The notes: generated by a model not told the origin, from the letters alone. A DNA stretch of 64,000 nt from an uncultured Gemmatimonadales bacterium (GCA_963716255.1 OY970303.1:4000001-4064000), one strand, 5' to 3'. Positions 1 through 9,472 are shown, counted from the first letter of the stretch. Program-made: numbers and translations.

Positions 1-182
1 AGGTGAGCACGGTGTGGCAGGGGAGCACGCTGGAGCAGACCTTCAAGGCCGAGGACGGCCAGCGGGTGAACGACTACTCCGTCAGCTCGGACGGGCGAAC
101 CCTGACCATGCGCGTCACGGTCACCAGCCCGCGCCTGAAGAAGCCCCTCACCTACAAGCTGGTCTACAACCGCGCGTCATAG
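1..182 (+). CDS. 3' end of a hypothetical protein, truncated by window start
   Basis: Frame from position 3 reads VSTVWQGSTLEQTFKAEDGQRVNDYSVSSDGRTLTMRVTVTSPRLKKPLTYKLVYNRAS* with GC3-rich codons; TAG at 180-182, then a hairpin. Confidence 0.75.
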   Translation, partial: VSTVWQGSTLEQTFKAEDGQRVNDYSVSSDGRTLTMRVTVTSPRLKKPLTYKLVYNRAS

Positions 183-201
183 CGCGGTCGCGGCTCCGGC
201 A

Positions 202-247
202 GGAAACGAGAACGGTCCCACCGCGCGGTGGGGCCGTTCTCGTTTCT
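202..247 (+). terminator. Probable intrinsic terminator hairpin
   Basis: GAAACGAGAACGGTCCCACC-GCGC-GGTGGGGCCGTTCTCGTTTC inverted repeat just after a stop codon. Confidence 0.6.
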
Positions 248-283
248 GCATCCTGGAGCTTCTTCGTCCGGCCGGACAGAACT

Positions 284-482
284 ACGGCGCGCTCCGGCAA
301 GCTCCGGTGTCTGTGGTCGGCCGGGGGAGGCTCCTCCGGCAGTGCGACACCCGAAGGGACTCGCAGAGCACTCGCCCACCCTCCCAGTGAAGGCACGATC
401 ACGCTGGCTTCGAACAAACGCACTGCCTGCGGACCCTCCCCCGACCTCCCGGCGAGCATCGCAGGAACGGCAACGGCCCCGG
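284..482 (+). repeat. Repeat family D copy (precedes families C and A)
   Basis: ACGG.GCGCTCCGGC..GCTCCGGTGT...CTCCTCCG and CCC(G)GCGAGCATC...ACGGC.AC.GCCC shared with 41745-41837 and partly with 15141-15178. Confidence 0.6.
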
Positions 483-493
483 ACCGACAGAAA

Positions 494-546
494 CCCTCCC
501 CCAGACTTGGGGGAGGGTGGCGAGCTTCAAGCGAGCCGGGTGGGGG
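494..546 (+). repeat. REP-like palindrome, family C
   Basis: CCCTCCCCCA-GACT-TGGGGGAGGG hairpin plus GGCGAGC..GCGAGCCGGGTGGGGG tail; related to 22044-22098 and 37755-37809. Confidence 0.7.
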
Positions 547-572
547 CCTCCTGCGGACGCCAGCACAATGCC

Positions 573-700
573 CGCGTGAGGGATTTCGGCCCGAAGGGGC
601 GAGACCGCGCGGCTGTTTGCGCGGGCTCGACTCCGTTGGGCTGCGTTGTTTGCAGCCCTACGGAGCCGAAGCCCGACCCCGCGCCAGCGGGGGCACGCCC
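573..700 (+). repeat. Structured repeat family A, copy 1
   Basis: CGCGTGAGGGATTTCGGCCCGAAGGGGCGAGAC...GGGCACGCCC; 9 full copies in window. Confidence 0.95.
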
Positions 701-728
701 AAATTTGCTGTTGAAGTCCGTTGAAGAA

Positions 729-1481
729 TCACCCGGTGACCTCCGCCTTGCGATCGGGATGGACGGCTCCTTCGTCGGCGGGCTCGGCGGGGAGGAGCGC
801 GGACACGACGCCCGGCCGGCTTTCCCAGGCGTCGAACACCTCGGCGTAGCGCAGCCCGAACGGCGCCGCCACGCTGCGCAGGCGCTGGTCGAACCAGTCC
901 GGGTCGCCGAAGCGGATGCGCTCGAAGTAGAAGCGCGCCAGCTCGTGGATGCCGTCCAGGTACGGCTCCACGTCCACGGCGACGGCGGGAAGCGGGGAGT
1001 GCACGTCGCGCAGCGTGAACACCGGCGCCAGCTCGCGGTGCGGCGGCGCGGGGGCCACCACCTTGGCGATGCGCGCCAGCGTGACGGCGTCGCGGAAGAT
1101 CCTGCCGCAGGCCTGGTGGTCGGGGTGGCGCATGCCGCGAAGCCACCCGTCGCCCCAGGTGAGGATGCCGTCCGGCTTCACCTCGGCGATCACTTTCGCT
1201 ACCTCGCGCGCGGCCTCCACGGTGGATTCCAGGCGCGTGTCGCGGAAGCTCATGAACTGGGTCTCCACGCCCAGGATCTTCCCCGCGCGGCGCCCCTGCT
1301 CCTCGCGCAGGCGCGCCACCTCGCTCTCGGGGATGGGCCCGAAGGCTTCCGTCATCTCGCCGCGCGTAAGCCAGACGACCACCACGCGGTCGCCGCGCGC
1401 CTTCTGGGCGAGGATGGTCCCCGCGGCGCCCACCTCGTCGTCGGGGTGGGCGAGCCCCACCAGCAGCGTCTTCCCGGCCAT
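729..1481 (-). CDS. PIG-L/LmbE family deacetylase
   Basis: AHPDDE motif near N-terminus, LTRGE, HPDH motif. Confidence 0.9.
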   Translation of the reverse strand: MAGKTLLVGLAHPDDEVGAAGTILAQKARGDRVVVVWLTRGEMTEAFGPIPESEVARLREEQGRRAGKILGVETQFMSFRDTRLESTVEAAREVAKVIAEVKPDGILTWGDGWLRGMRHPDHQACGRIFRDAVTLARIAKVVAPAPPHRELAPVFTLRDVHSPLPAVAVDVEPYLDGIHELARFYFERIRFGDPDWFDQRLRSVAAPFGLRYAEVFDAWESRPGVVSALLPAEPADEGAVHPDRKAEVTG

Positions 1482-1663
1482 GTCGTCTCCGTCTCCGGTT
1501 CGGTCGGTCCGCCGTCCCGTTCGCGGCGGCGTCCCCTGAGTTAGCGCGGCGCGGGGCCGCCGGGCAAGGGGCGCGCCGGGTCGCGGCGGCTCGACCCCGC
1601 CGCTGGTGCGGAGCGTGCGTCGACGGGCGTGGACGGCGCGACACCCCGGAGGGAGACGGTACG

Positions 1664-1876
1664 ATGCCGACGCAGAAGCTGCGGGTGCGTGGACTCAGGC
1701 GGGAGGACGAGGCGCGGGTCACGGCGCGGCTGCGGGCGCTGCCGGGCGTGTACTTCGCCATGCTGAACTGCGGCGCGGAGTGCGCCGAGGTGGACTTCGA
1801 GGACGACCGCGTGTCGCTGGAGGAGATCCGCGCGGCGGTGCGCGAGTGCGGCTACGAGGCGGAAATCGCCGGCTGA
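1664..1876 (+). CDS. Heavy-metal-associated (HMA/CopZ-like) domain protein without the CxxC motif
   Basis: 70 aa, LRVRGL...LRALPGV...AEVDF...IRAAVRECGY pattern; GGAG RBS. Confidence 0.7.
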   Translation: MPTQKLRVRGLRREDEARVTARLRALPGVYFAMLNCGAECAEVDFEDDRVSLEEIRAAVRECGYEAEIAG

Positions 1877-1984
1877 GCAGCGGCCACGGCGGCTGCCGCG
1901 TTCATCGCACGCTTGATTTTCGGGATGTGTTCGGGATAACTTGAATCCAGGACATCTCCTCGACTCAAGGCGTGGCCGCAGCTC

Positions 1985-3046
1985 ATGGAACTCATTCCGA
2001 TCCGGGGACGTGGAGCCAGCCACAACCCGCCCAATCGCTTCGAGAAGCTCCACGTGGAGCTGGAGCCCATCCCCGGCGACCCCGACGATCCGGAGCCGCA
2101 GCCGAGCACGCAGTATTTCCGCGACCAGGCAAGGAGCATCCTCGCGCGCAACAACAGCCCGGACATCCCGTTCAACGTGAGCATCAACTGCTACCGCGGC
2201 TGTTCCCACGGGTGCATCTACTGCTATGCGCGGCCGAACCACGAGTTCCTGGGCTTTTCCGCCGGGCTCGACTTCGAGACCCGGATCATGGTGAAGGAGG
2301 ATGCGCCCGAGCTTCTCCGGCGCGAGCTGTCGTCGCCGCGGTGGCGGCCGGAAGTCATCGCCATGAGCGGGGTCACCGATCCGTACCAGCCGGTCGAGCG
2401 CAGGCTGGGACTCACGCGGGGGTGCCTGGAGGTCCTCGCCGAGGCCCGGAACCCGGTCAGCATCGTGACCAAGAACCATCTCGTCACGCGCGACATCGAC
2501 CTCCTGGGCGAGCTGGCCCGGGTCGGAGCGGCGCTGGTCTTCCTGTCCATCACGACGCTGGACCCCAAGCTCCAGCGGGTGATGGAGCCCCGCACGTCCA
2601 TTCCGACCCGCCGGCTCGATGCGATCCGCGAGCTGGCGGCGGCGGGGATCCCGACGGGGGTGATGGTCGCACCCGTGATTCCCGGCCTGACCGACCACGA
2701 GATGCCGGCCATCCTGGAGGCCGCGGCGCAGGCCGGGGCCCGGTCCGCCGGCTACGTTCCGATCCGGCTTCCGTTCGCGGTGAAGGATCTCTTCGAGCAG
2801 TGGCTGGAGCAGCATTTCCCGGATCGCAAGAGCAAGGTGCTGAACCGGATCCGGGAGCTGCGGGGGGGCAGGCTGAACGATGCGCAGTTCCACGAGCGCA
2901 TGCGGGGCGAGGGAGTCTGGGCAGCCCACCTGAAGCAGGTCTTCGATACGACCTGCCGGCGGCTGGGAATCAACGAGCGGAGCCTCGCGCTGTCGACGGA
3001 GGCGTTCCGCAGGATCGGCAGGGGTCCCCAGTACGACCTCTTCTAG
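1985..3046 (+). CDS. PA0069/SplB-like radical SAM protein
   Basis: N-terminal IRGRGA, CSHGCIYC (CxxxCxxC), AGLDFETRI, GVTDPYQPVE. Confidence 0.9.
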   Translation: MELIPIRGRGASHNPPNRFEKLHVELEPIPGDPDDPEPQPSTQYFRDQARSILARNNSPDIPFNVSINCYRGCSHGCIYCYARPNHEFLGFSAGLDFETRIMVKEDAPELLRRELSSPRWRPEVIAMSGVTDPYQPVERRLGLTRGCLEVLAEARNPVSIVTKNHLVTRDIDLLGELARVGAALVFLSITTLDPKLQRVMEPRTSIPTRRLDAIRELAAAGIPTGVMVAPVIPGLTDHEMPAILEAAAQAGARSAGYVPIRLPFAVKDLFEQWLEQHFPDRKSKVLNRIRELRGGRLNDAQFHERMRGEGVWAAHLKQVFDTTCRRLGINERSLALSTEAFRRIGRGPQYDLF

Positions 3047-3245
3047 GGTCTGCCGGATCGGATCTCCGGCACGAGGATCGCGGCGGGCGGGAAGGCCGCG
3101 ACAAAAAAGCGTGGCAGGGGCGGAAGCCCGTGCCACGCTCTGTTTTCCAGGACTGGCCGACGGCCGGTGCAGCGGGCTCGTCATCCCCGGCGGACAGGGA
3201 GTGTGCGTACGCATCCCTCGCCACTCTCAGCTTATAGCATACCGG

Positions 3246-3264
3246 GGGACTTGCGGCAAGGCCC
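3246..3264. promoter_or_regulatory. Rifamycin-associated element (RAE)-like 19-bp inverted repeat
   Basis: GGGACTTGC-G-GCAAGGCCC about 60 bp upstream of the rph start. Confidence 0.75.
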
Positions 3265-3326
3265 GGGTGGGGCTGCAGAGTTGTCGGCCGAAAAAATCCC
3301 GGAGAACGTAAACAGGGAGGGAGCGG

Positions 3327-5921
3327 ATGGACGGCTACGTGCTGGGTTTCCACGAGATCGACCGGACGCAGGTCGCGGTCGTCGGGGGCAAGGGAGCGCA
3401 CCTGGGGGAGCTGTCGCGGATCGAAGGCGTCCGCGTGCCGGCCGGCTTCTGCGTGACGACGGACGCCTTCCGGCGGATCATGGCGGATGCGCCGTCGATG
3501 GACGATCGGCTCGACCGGCTGTCGCGCCTGGAGCCGGACGACCGGGAGGCGATCCGCGCGCTCAGCGCGGAGATCCGCCGGACCGTCGAAGCGATCGCAC
3601 TCCCCGACGACCTGGCGGCGGCGATCACCGGCCCGCTTGCCCGGCTCGGCGAGCAGGCCGCGTATGCCGTCCGGTCCAGCGCGACGGCGGAGGACCTGCC
3701 GACGGCCTCCTTCGCGGGCCAGCAGGACACGTATCTGAACGTCGTTGGGGCGGCGGCGATCCTCCGGCACGTCAGCCGGTGCTGGGCCTCGCTCTTCACC
3801 GAGCGGGCCGTGACCTACCGCCTGCGCAGCGGCGTGGACCACCGCAGGGTCCACATGGCCGTGGTGGTGCAGCGGATGCTCTTCCCCCGGGCGGCGGGCA
3901 TCCTGTTCACGGCCGATCCCGTCACCGGCAACCGCAAGGTCGCGTCCGTGGAGGCCGGCTTCGGACTCGGCGAGGCCCTGGTCTCCGGTCGGGTGAACGC
4001 GGACGTCTTCAAGGTGCGGGACGGCGAGGTCGTCGCCAGGACGATCGGCACCAAGCAGCTCGCCGTCCACGCCTCGCCGGCGGGCGGGACGCGGGAACGG
4101 GCGGTCGAGCCGGAGCGGCAGGCGCAGCCTGCGCTGACGGACGCGCAGGCCGTGCGGCTCGCGCAGCTGGGCCGGCGGATCGAGGCGCACTTCGGCCGCC
4201 CCCAGGACATCGAGTGGTGCCTGGTGGACGACGACTTCCAGGTCGTCCAGAGCCGGCCGATCACCACGCTGTTCCCCCTCCCGGCGCCCACCGACGGGGA
4301 GAACCACGTCTACGTTTCCGTCGGCCATCAGCAGATGATGACCGACCCCATGAAGCCGCTGGGGCTCTCGTACTGGCAGATGACGACCCGTGCGCCGATG
4401 GCCGAGGCGGGCGGCCGACTGTTCGTCGACGTCACGAAGGGGCTCGCTTCGGCGGCGAGCCGCGACAGCCTGGTGAGCGCGCTGGGGAAGTCTGATCCGC
4501 TGATCGGGGACGCGCTCCGGACCCTTCTCGACCGTGGCGACTTCGTTCCGTCGCTTCCGGACGCGCCGCCTGGCTGGTCGGTTCCCGGGAGCGGGCACGC
4601 TCCGCTCGAGACCGATCCGGCCATCCCCGCCGAGCTGATCGCGCGCGGTGAGGCTTCGATCGCTGCGCTGAAGCGCGACATCCAGGCGAAGTCGGGATCG
4701 GCGCTGCTCGACTTCATCCGGACGGACATCGAGGCGCTGAAGCAGTTCCAGTTCGATCCGCTGAGCATGCGGGTGATCCTCGCCGGGATGGAGGCCGCCT
4801 GGTGGCTCAACGACAAGCTGGAGGAGTGGCTGGGCACCCAGAACGCCGCCGACACGCTCACGCAGTCCGTGCCCGGCAACGTCACGTCGGAGATGGGGCT
4901 GGCGCTCCTCGACGTCGCCGACGTGATCCGCCCGCACCCGGAGGTGGTGGCATTTCTCCAGCACGTAGAGGACGACGGCTTCCTGGACGAGCTGCCCGGG
5001 CTCGCGGGCGGGAGCGAAGCGCTGGACGCAATCCGCGCCTGGCTCGACAGGTACGGCATGCGCGGCGTCGGCGAGATCGACATCACGCGGCCGCGGTGGA
5101 GCGAGCGCCCCTCCACGCTCCTGCCCATGCTCCTCGGCAACGTCAGGAACTTCGAGCCGGGCGCCGGCGGGCGGCGCTTCGAGCAGGGGCGGCAGGAGGC
5201 CTGGAAGAAGGAGCAGGAGGTGCTGGAGCGCCTGCGCGCGCTGCCGGAAGGGGAGCAGAAGGCCGCGGAGACCAGGCGGATGATCGACCGCGTCCGGACG
5301 TTCGCCGGGTATCGGGAGTACCCGAAGTACGGCATGGTCAGCCGCAACTTCGTCTACAAGCAGGCCCTGATGGAAGAAGCCGGGCGCCTCGTGAAGGCCG
5401 GCGTGCTCCGCGACAGGGAAGACATCTTCTTCCTCCGGTTCGAGGAGCTCCACGACGTCGTGCGCACGAGCCACGTGGACGACGAGCTCATCCGCCGGCG
5501 CAGGGAGGAGTTCGACTCGTATCGATCGCTCACGCCGCCGCGGGTGCTCACGTCGGACGGCGAGGCCGTCGCCGGGGCCTACCGGCGCGACGACCTGCCG
5601 GCCGGCGCGCTGATCGGCCTGGCGGTCTCCGCCGGGACCGTCGAGGGGCGGGCCCGCGTCATCCTGGACATGGCGGAGGCGGACCTGGAGCCGGGCGACA
5701 TCCTGGTGACCGCCTACACGGACCCCAGCTGGACGCCGCTGTTCGTCGCGATCGCGGGACTGGTGACGGAGGTGGGTGGCCTGATGACGCACGGCGCGGT
5801 GATCGCGCGGGAGTACGGCCTGCCGGCCGTCGTGGGGGTGGAGCACGCCACCCGGCGGATCCGCGACGGGCAGCGGATCCGCGTGCACGGGACGGGCGGG
5901 TACGTCGAGATCCTGCCCTAG
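3327..5921 (+). CDS. rph: Rifampin phosphotransferase
   Basis: 864 aa; ATP-grasp N-terminus (VGGKGAHLGEL, AVRSSATAED, SFAGQQDT), central domain (YVSVGHQQMMTDPMKPLG), C-terminal phospho-His swivel (GGLMTHGAVIAREYG). Confidence 0.9.
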   Translation: MDGYVLGFHEIDRTQVAVVGGKGAHLGELSRIEGVRVPAGFCVTTDAFRRIMADAPSMDDRLDRLSRLEPDDREAIRALSAEIRRTVEAIALPDDLAAAITGPLARLGEQAAYAVRSSATAEDLPTASFAGQQDTYLNVVGAAAILRHVSRCWASLFTERAVTYRLRSGVDHRRVHMAVVVQRMLFPRAAGILFTADPVTGNRKVASVEAGFGLGEALVSGRVNADVFKVRDGEVVARTIGTKQLAVHASPAGGTRERAVEPERQAQPALTDAQAVRLAQLGRRIEAHFGRPQDIEWCLVDDDFQVVQSRPITTLFPLPAPTDGENHVYVSVGHQQMMTDPMKPLGLSYWQMTTRAPMAEAGGRLFVDVTKGLASAASRDSLVSALGKSDPLIGDALRTLLDRGDFVPSLPDAPPGWSVPGSGHAPLETDPAIPAELIARGEASIAALKRDIQAKSGSALLDFIRTDIEALKQFQFDPLSMRVILAGMEAAWWLNDKLEEWLGTQNAADTLTQSVPGNVTSEMGLALLDVADVIRPHPEVVAFLQHVEDDGFLDELPGLAGGSEALDAIRAWLDRYGMRGVGEIDITRPRWSERPSTLLPMLLGNVRNFEPGAGGRRFEQGRQEAWKKEQEVLERLRALPEGEQKAAETRRMIDRVRTFAGYREYPKYGMVSRNFVYKQALMEEAGRLVKAGVLRDREDIFFLRFEELHDVVRTSHVDDELIRRRREEFDSYRSLTPPRVLTSDGEAVAGAYRRDDLPAGALIGLAVSAGTVEGRARVILDMAEADLEPGDILVTAYTDPSWTPLFVAIAGLVTEVGGLMTHGAVIAREYGLPAVVGVEHATRRIRDGQRIRVHGTGGYVEILP

Positions 5922-6075
5922 CGGGAGGTGGAGCGCTACGGAAACGTCGATCCTCTGCCCCGTTCGTGGCCGCGGGGCCCTTCCTCGCCCGGTGCGCAAG
6001 ATGGATTCCCGGCTTGGAACGCGGGCGCCGCGTTCCGGCGGTGAGCATGGCGTGTCGGACGGTTGTCCCCCGCCG

Positions 6076-6108
6076 CGCATGGACATAGATTGAACAAACA
6101 TTGTGCAG
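6076..6108 (+). promoter_or_regulatory. Putative CarH/LitR-type operator (11-bp-spaced TnnACA repeats)
   Basis: TGGACA (6080), TGAACA (6091), TGTGCA (6102) at exact 11-bp period in an AT-rich patch. Confidence 0.4.
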
Positions 6109-6147
6109 ACGGGCTCCGGCCGCGCTCCGGCCAGCGAAGGGACGACC

Positions 6148-6612
6148 ATGAAACTGTATCAGCTCCAGGCGAAGCAGCTCCTCCCCATCTCCGTGTCCGC
6201 CGCGTGGGACTTCTTTTCCGACGCGGCGAACCTGCCGCGCATCACCCCGCCCTCGCTGGGCTTCCGGGTGACTTCCCCGCTGCCGCCGCGGATGTACGCG
6301 GGGATGATCGCCACCTACACCGTCACCCCGTTTCCCGGCGTGCGCGTGGGCTGGGTGACCGAGATCACGCACGTGGCGGAGCATGTGATGTTCGTGGACG
6401 AGCAGCGCTCCGGCCCGTACCGCTTCTGGCACCACCAGCACCACTTCGCGGAGGTGCCCGGCGGCGTGGAGATCCGCGACATCGTCCACTACGCGCTCCC
6501 GCTCCAGCCCGCGTCCGGGATGGTGCGCCGGTGGGTGGTGGAACCGCGGCTGCGCGCCATCTTCGAGTTCCGCCGCTCCACGCTGGAAGGGCTCTTCGGC
6601 CGGATGGAGTGA
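6148..6612 (+). CDS. SRPBCC/START-like family protein
   Basis: AWDFFSDAANLPRITPP, WVTEIT, FVDEQRSGPYRFWHHQHHF, IFEFR. Confidence 0.85.
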   Translation: MKLYQLQAKQLLPISVSAAWDFFSDAANLPRITPPSLGFRVTSPLPPRMYAGMIATYTVTPFPGVRVGWVTEITHVAEHVMFVDEQRSGPYRFWHHQHHFAEVPGGVEIRDIVHYALPLQPASGMVRRWVVEPRLRAIFEFRRSTLEGLFGRME

Positions 6613-6909
6613 GGCGCGCCCCCGGGCCTCCTCCCGCCGCGCGGCGGCCCGGCCGATCCTCCGTGCGGCCTCCCCGCGCGGGCCTCTTGAAGAGCCGCGT
6701 ACTTTGCGCTCCTGCCGCTCTCGTCCCCATCTCTTTTTGCGCGTTGGTCTTAGCTCGCGCCGCGCGTTTCTTCGCCCTTTTTTCGGTGTAGCGCATCGCG
6801 AGAAGTCGCACTATCTTGCGATCCTTCTCCTCACATCGCCGAGGGCGGTCCCCGGTTCCCCGGGATCACGGCCGCATTGTTTCCATCCGCCATCCGACGT
6901 CCAACCGTC

Positions 6910-8823
6910 ATGACGAATCGCCTCGCCCCGGCGGCGGTCCTGCTCGTGCTCGCCGCCTGCTCGCCCGGCGCCTCGCGCGCTCCCGCCACGATGCCCTCGC
7001 CGGCCCCGGTCGTCGCCGTTCCCGCCGTCGCCCCGGACACCGTGGACTCCGGCCCCGAGCTGGAGACCGCCGAGCTCAAGGACGCCTCGTCCTCGCTGCT
7101 GGGGAGCGCGCGCTACGACATGCCCATGGAGGCCAACACCTGGGTGGCCGCCGAGCTGGACTTCCTGGTGACGCAGCGCAAGGCGGTGGTGGGGCGCTGG
7201 CTGGAGCGCGCCGAGCCGTACCAGGAGTTCGTCAAGGGCGTCTTCGCGGGGTACGGCCTCCCCACCGACATGCACCACCTGGCCATGGTGGAGAGCGGCT
7301 TCATCCCCACGGCGCGCTCGCGCGTGGGGGCGGTGGGGCTGTGGCAGTTCATGCCGGCCACCGGGCGCGGGATGGGGCTGCGGATCGACGACCTGGTGGA
7401 CGAGCGCATGGACCCGGTCCGCTCCACGCACGCCGCGGCCAGGCACCTCCGCGACCTGCACCGCACCTTCGGCGGCGACTGGTCGCTGGCGGCGGCCGCG
7501 TACAACGCCGGCACCGGCCGCATCAGCCGGGGGATGCAGGGGATCGGGGCGAAGAACTTCTGGGAGCTGGCGGTGTGGGGGACGCTGGCGCAGGAGACCC
7601 GGCAGTACGTCCCGCGCCTGTACGCCGTCACCATCATCGCGCGCGACCGCGAGCGCTTCGGCTTCCCCGCGCAGCGCGGGCTGGTGCGCCCCTTCGCGTA
7701 CGACAGCGTGCGCACCGACCTGTCCATCCCGCTGGCCGAGCTGGCGATGATGGCCAACCTGTCCGCAACCGCGCTCGCCGAGCTGAACCCGCACCTGCAC
7801 CGCGGGATGACGCCGGCCGGCAGCTACTGGGTGTGGGTGCCGCGGGGGAGCGGACCCGCGCTCCAGCAGGCGTACCTGGACTCCGAGATCCGGCGGGACG
7901 GCGGCTATGCCAGCTACGCCGTGCGCCGCGGCGACTCCGCCGAGAAGCTGGCGCTCTTCGCGGGGATGACCCTTTCCCGGATCCGCGAGCTCAACCCCAC
8001 GGTGGACCTGGAGACGCTGCCCAGCGGCGCGCGCCTGCGCCTTCCCCGCGCCGCCGTGGCCACGCTGGCCGCCCGCCCCGTCGAGCGCGTCGCGTCCCGC
8101 GGCTCCGACGAGGGCGAGGGCCGCAGCCGCGCCCGCAGCGAGGAGCGCGGCAAGGGCGACCGCGGCAGCGAGCCCCGCGCGTCCGAGCGCTCCTCCGCCT
8201 CCCGGAGCCGCGAGGGCGCGTCCTCCGAGCGCGAAGGCACCTCGTCCTCCCGCAGGTCGTCCGAGAGCTCGTCGTCGTCTTCCTCCTCCGAGCGCTCGTC
8301 CTCGTCCTCGTTCGAGCGGCGGCGCGAGGGGCGCACCACCGAGCACAAGGTGGCGGACGGCGAGACGCTGTGGGGGCTGTCCCGCAGGTTCGAGGTGTCG
8401 GTGGCCGAGATCCGCGAGGCCAACGACCTGGAGGGCGACGTGATCGTCCCCGGCCGCACGCTGCGCATTCCGCGCAAGGCCGCCGCCTCCGGGGAGCGCG
8501 CGGAGCGTCCGTCCTCGTCGTCCTCGTCGACGGCGCGGACGGCCCGGCGCGCCGAGGAGCCCTCGTCGCGGCGCAAGGACGGCGACGCGAGCAAGACGGA
8601 GCGCGAGTCCACGTCCTCCGCGTCGTCCTCTTCCCGGTCCGCCCGCTCGTCCGGGACGAGCGAGACCCGGAGCGCGGTCCGCGAGCACGTGGTCAAGAGC
8701 GGCGAGACGCTGTGGGGGATCGCGCGCGCGAACGACACCACGGTGGTGGCGATCCAGCGCGCCAACGACATGGACGAAGACTCCCCCATCCGTCCCGGCC
8801 AGAAGCTCCGCATCCCGCGCTGA
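6910..8823 (+). CDS. Lipoprotein lytic transglycosylase (MltD-like SLT domain) with LysM domains
   Basis: LAAC lipobox; LAMVESGF catalytic Glu, AVGLWQFM, AAYNAG, ETRQYVP; LysM repeats (HKVADGETLW, HVVKSGETLW) with Ser/Arg/Glu-rich linkers. Confidence 0.9.
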   Translation: MTNRLAPAAVLLVLAACSPGASRAPATMPSPAPVVAVPAVAPDTVDSGPELETAELKDASSSLLGSARYDMPMEANTWVAAELDFLVTQRKAVVGRWLERAEPYQEFVKGVFAGYGLPTDMHHLAMVESGFIPTARSRVGAVGLWQFMPATGRGMGLRIDDLVDERMDPVRSTHAAARHLRDLHRTFGGDWSLAAAAYNAGTGRISRGMQGIGAKNFWELAVWGTLAQETRQYVPRLYAVTIIARDRERFGFPAQRGLVRPFAYDSVRTDLSIPLAELAMMANLSATALAELNPHLHRGMTPAGSYWVWVPRGSGPALQQAYLDSEIRRDGGYASYAVRRGDSAEKLALFAGMTLSRIRELNPTVDLETLPSGARLRLPRAAVATLAARPVERVASRGSDEGEGRSRARSEERGKGDRGSEPRASERSSASRSREGASSEREGTSSSRRSSESSSSSSSSERSSSSSFERRREGRTTEHKVADGETLWGLSRRFEVSVAEIREANDLEGDVIVPGRTLRIPRKAAASGERAERPSSSSSSTARTARRAEEPSSRRKDGDASKTERESTSSASSSSRSARSSGTSETRSAVREHVVKSGETLWGIARANDTTVVAIQRANDMDEDSPIRPGQKLRIPR

Positions 8824-8846
8824 CGGGTTCTTTCTTCAGGTGCATC

Positions 8847-8888
8847 GACGCCCCGGGTTCCTCGCGAGGAGCCCGGGGCGTTTCTCTT
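8847..8888 (+). terminator. Intrinsic terminator
   Basis: GACGCCCCGGGTTCCTC-GC-GAGGAGCCCGGGGCGTT followed by a T-rich tail. Confidence 0.65.
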
Positions 8889-8905
8889 GTCTCCTCAGCT
8901 TTCGT

Positions 8906-9058
8906 GGGGCCGCTCCGGAGCCGGACGATACTGCCGTCCGTCTCCTGCGCGGGCTCCGGGAACCCCGCCAAACCGCCGGCGGGTTTCCCTCCGCCTGAGT
9001 GAGCCAGCCAAACTGCCGGCTGTCTCCCTCCGAACAGACTTGGGGGGTACTGCGGAAC
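8906..9058 (-). repeat. Structured repeat family B, copy 1
   Basis: Three GARAC-stem-GCNGTWT-stem-GGYTC hairpins on the - strand; 4 copies in window. Confidence 0.9.
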
Positions 9059-9151
9059 CACGAACGGTGCCCCCACCTCGATGCCGAGGCGGGGGCGCCG
9101 TTCGCAGGCTGTGGCGCTTCACGCTTCGCGTGAACCGATGAACCCTGTTTC

Positions 9152-9340
9152 CTAGTCCGACACGTCCTCCACCTCGTCCTCCGCCAGCCCGATCACCACT
9201 CCGTCCTCGAACTCCACCATGAAGCCGTCGCGGCCGGTCTCGTTGCTGTCGGCGCCCCAGTGGCCGATCACCTCCCCCACCTTGCCCAGGTAGGGGCGCG
9301 ACTGGTCGTAGCGCGCGTTGACCACCCGAACCTTGTGCAT
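9152..9340 (-). CDS. Small hypothetical protein (62 aa, possibly SH3/KOW-like)
   Basis: KVRVV...GKVGEVI...FMVEFEDG...EDEVE; GAGG RBS; typical codon usage. Confidence 0.65.
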   Translation of the reverse strand: MHKVRVVNARYDQSRPYLGKVGEVIGHWGADSNETGRDGFMVEFEDGVVIGLAEDEVEDVSD

Positions 9341-9472
9341 CTCGCCTCGCCGTGTCTGGGGTCTGCCGCCGTCACGCGGGCGGCCGGATGCATAAGGCGA
9401 GCCCGCCGAAACGGACGCGCCGCCCGGGTCACCCGGACGGCGCGTCCTCGTACGTGGGACCGGCGACCGCGG

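Noticed and set aside
1926..1942. TGTTC-GGGA-TAACT upstream of the radical SAM gene as a LexA box
   Set aside because: Two mismatches to a TGTTC-N4-GAACA palindrome, no matching site upstream of uvrA, and the LexA motif of this lineage is unknown to me.
3327..5921. PEP synthase (ppsA) call
   Set aside because: The phospho-His domain is C-terminal and the pyruvate-binding barrel is missing; this order matches Rph.
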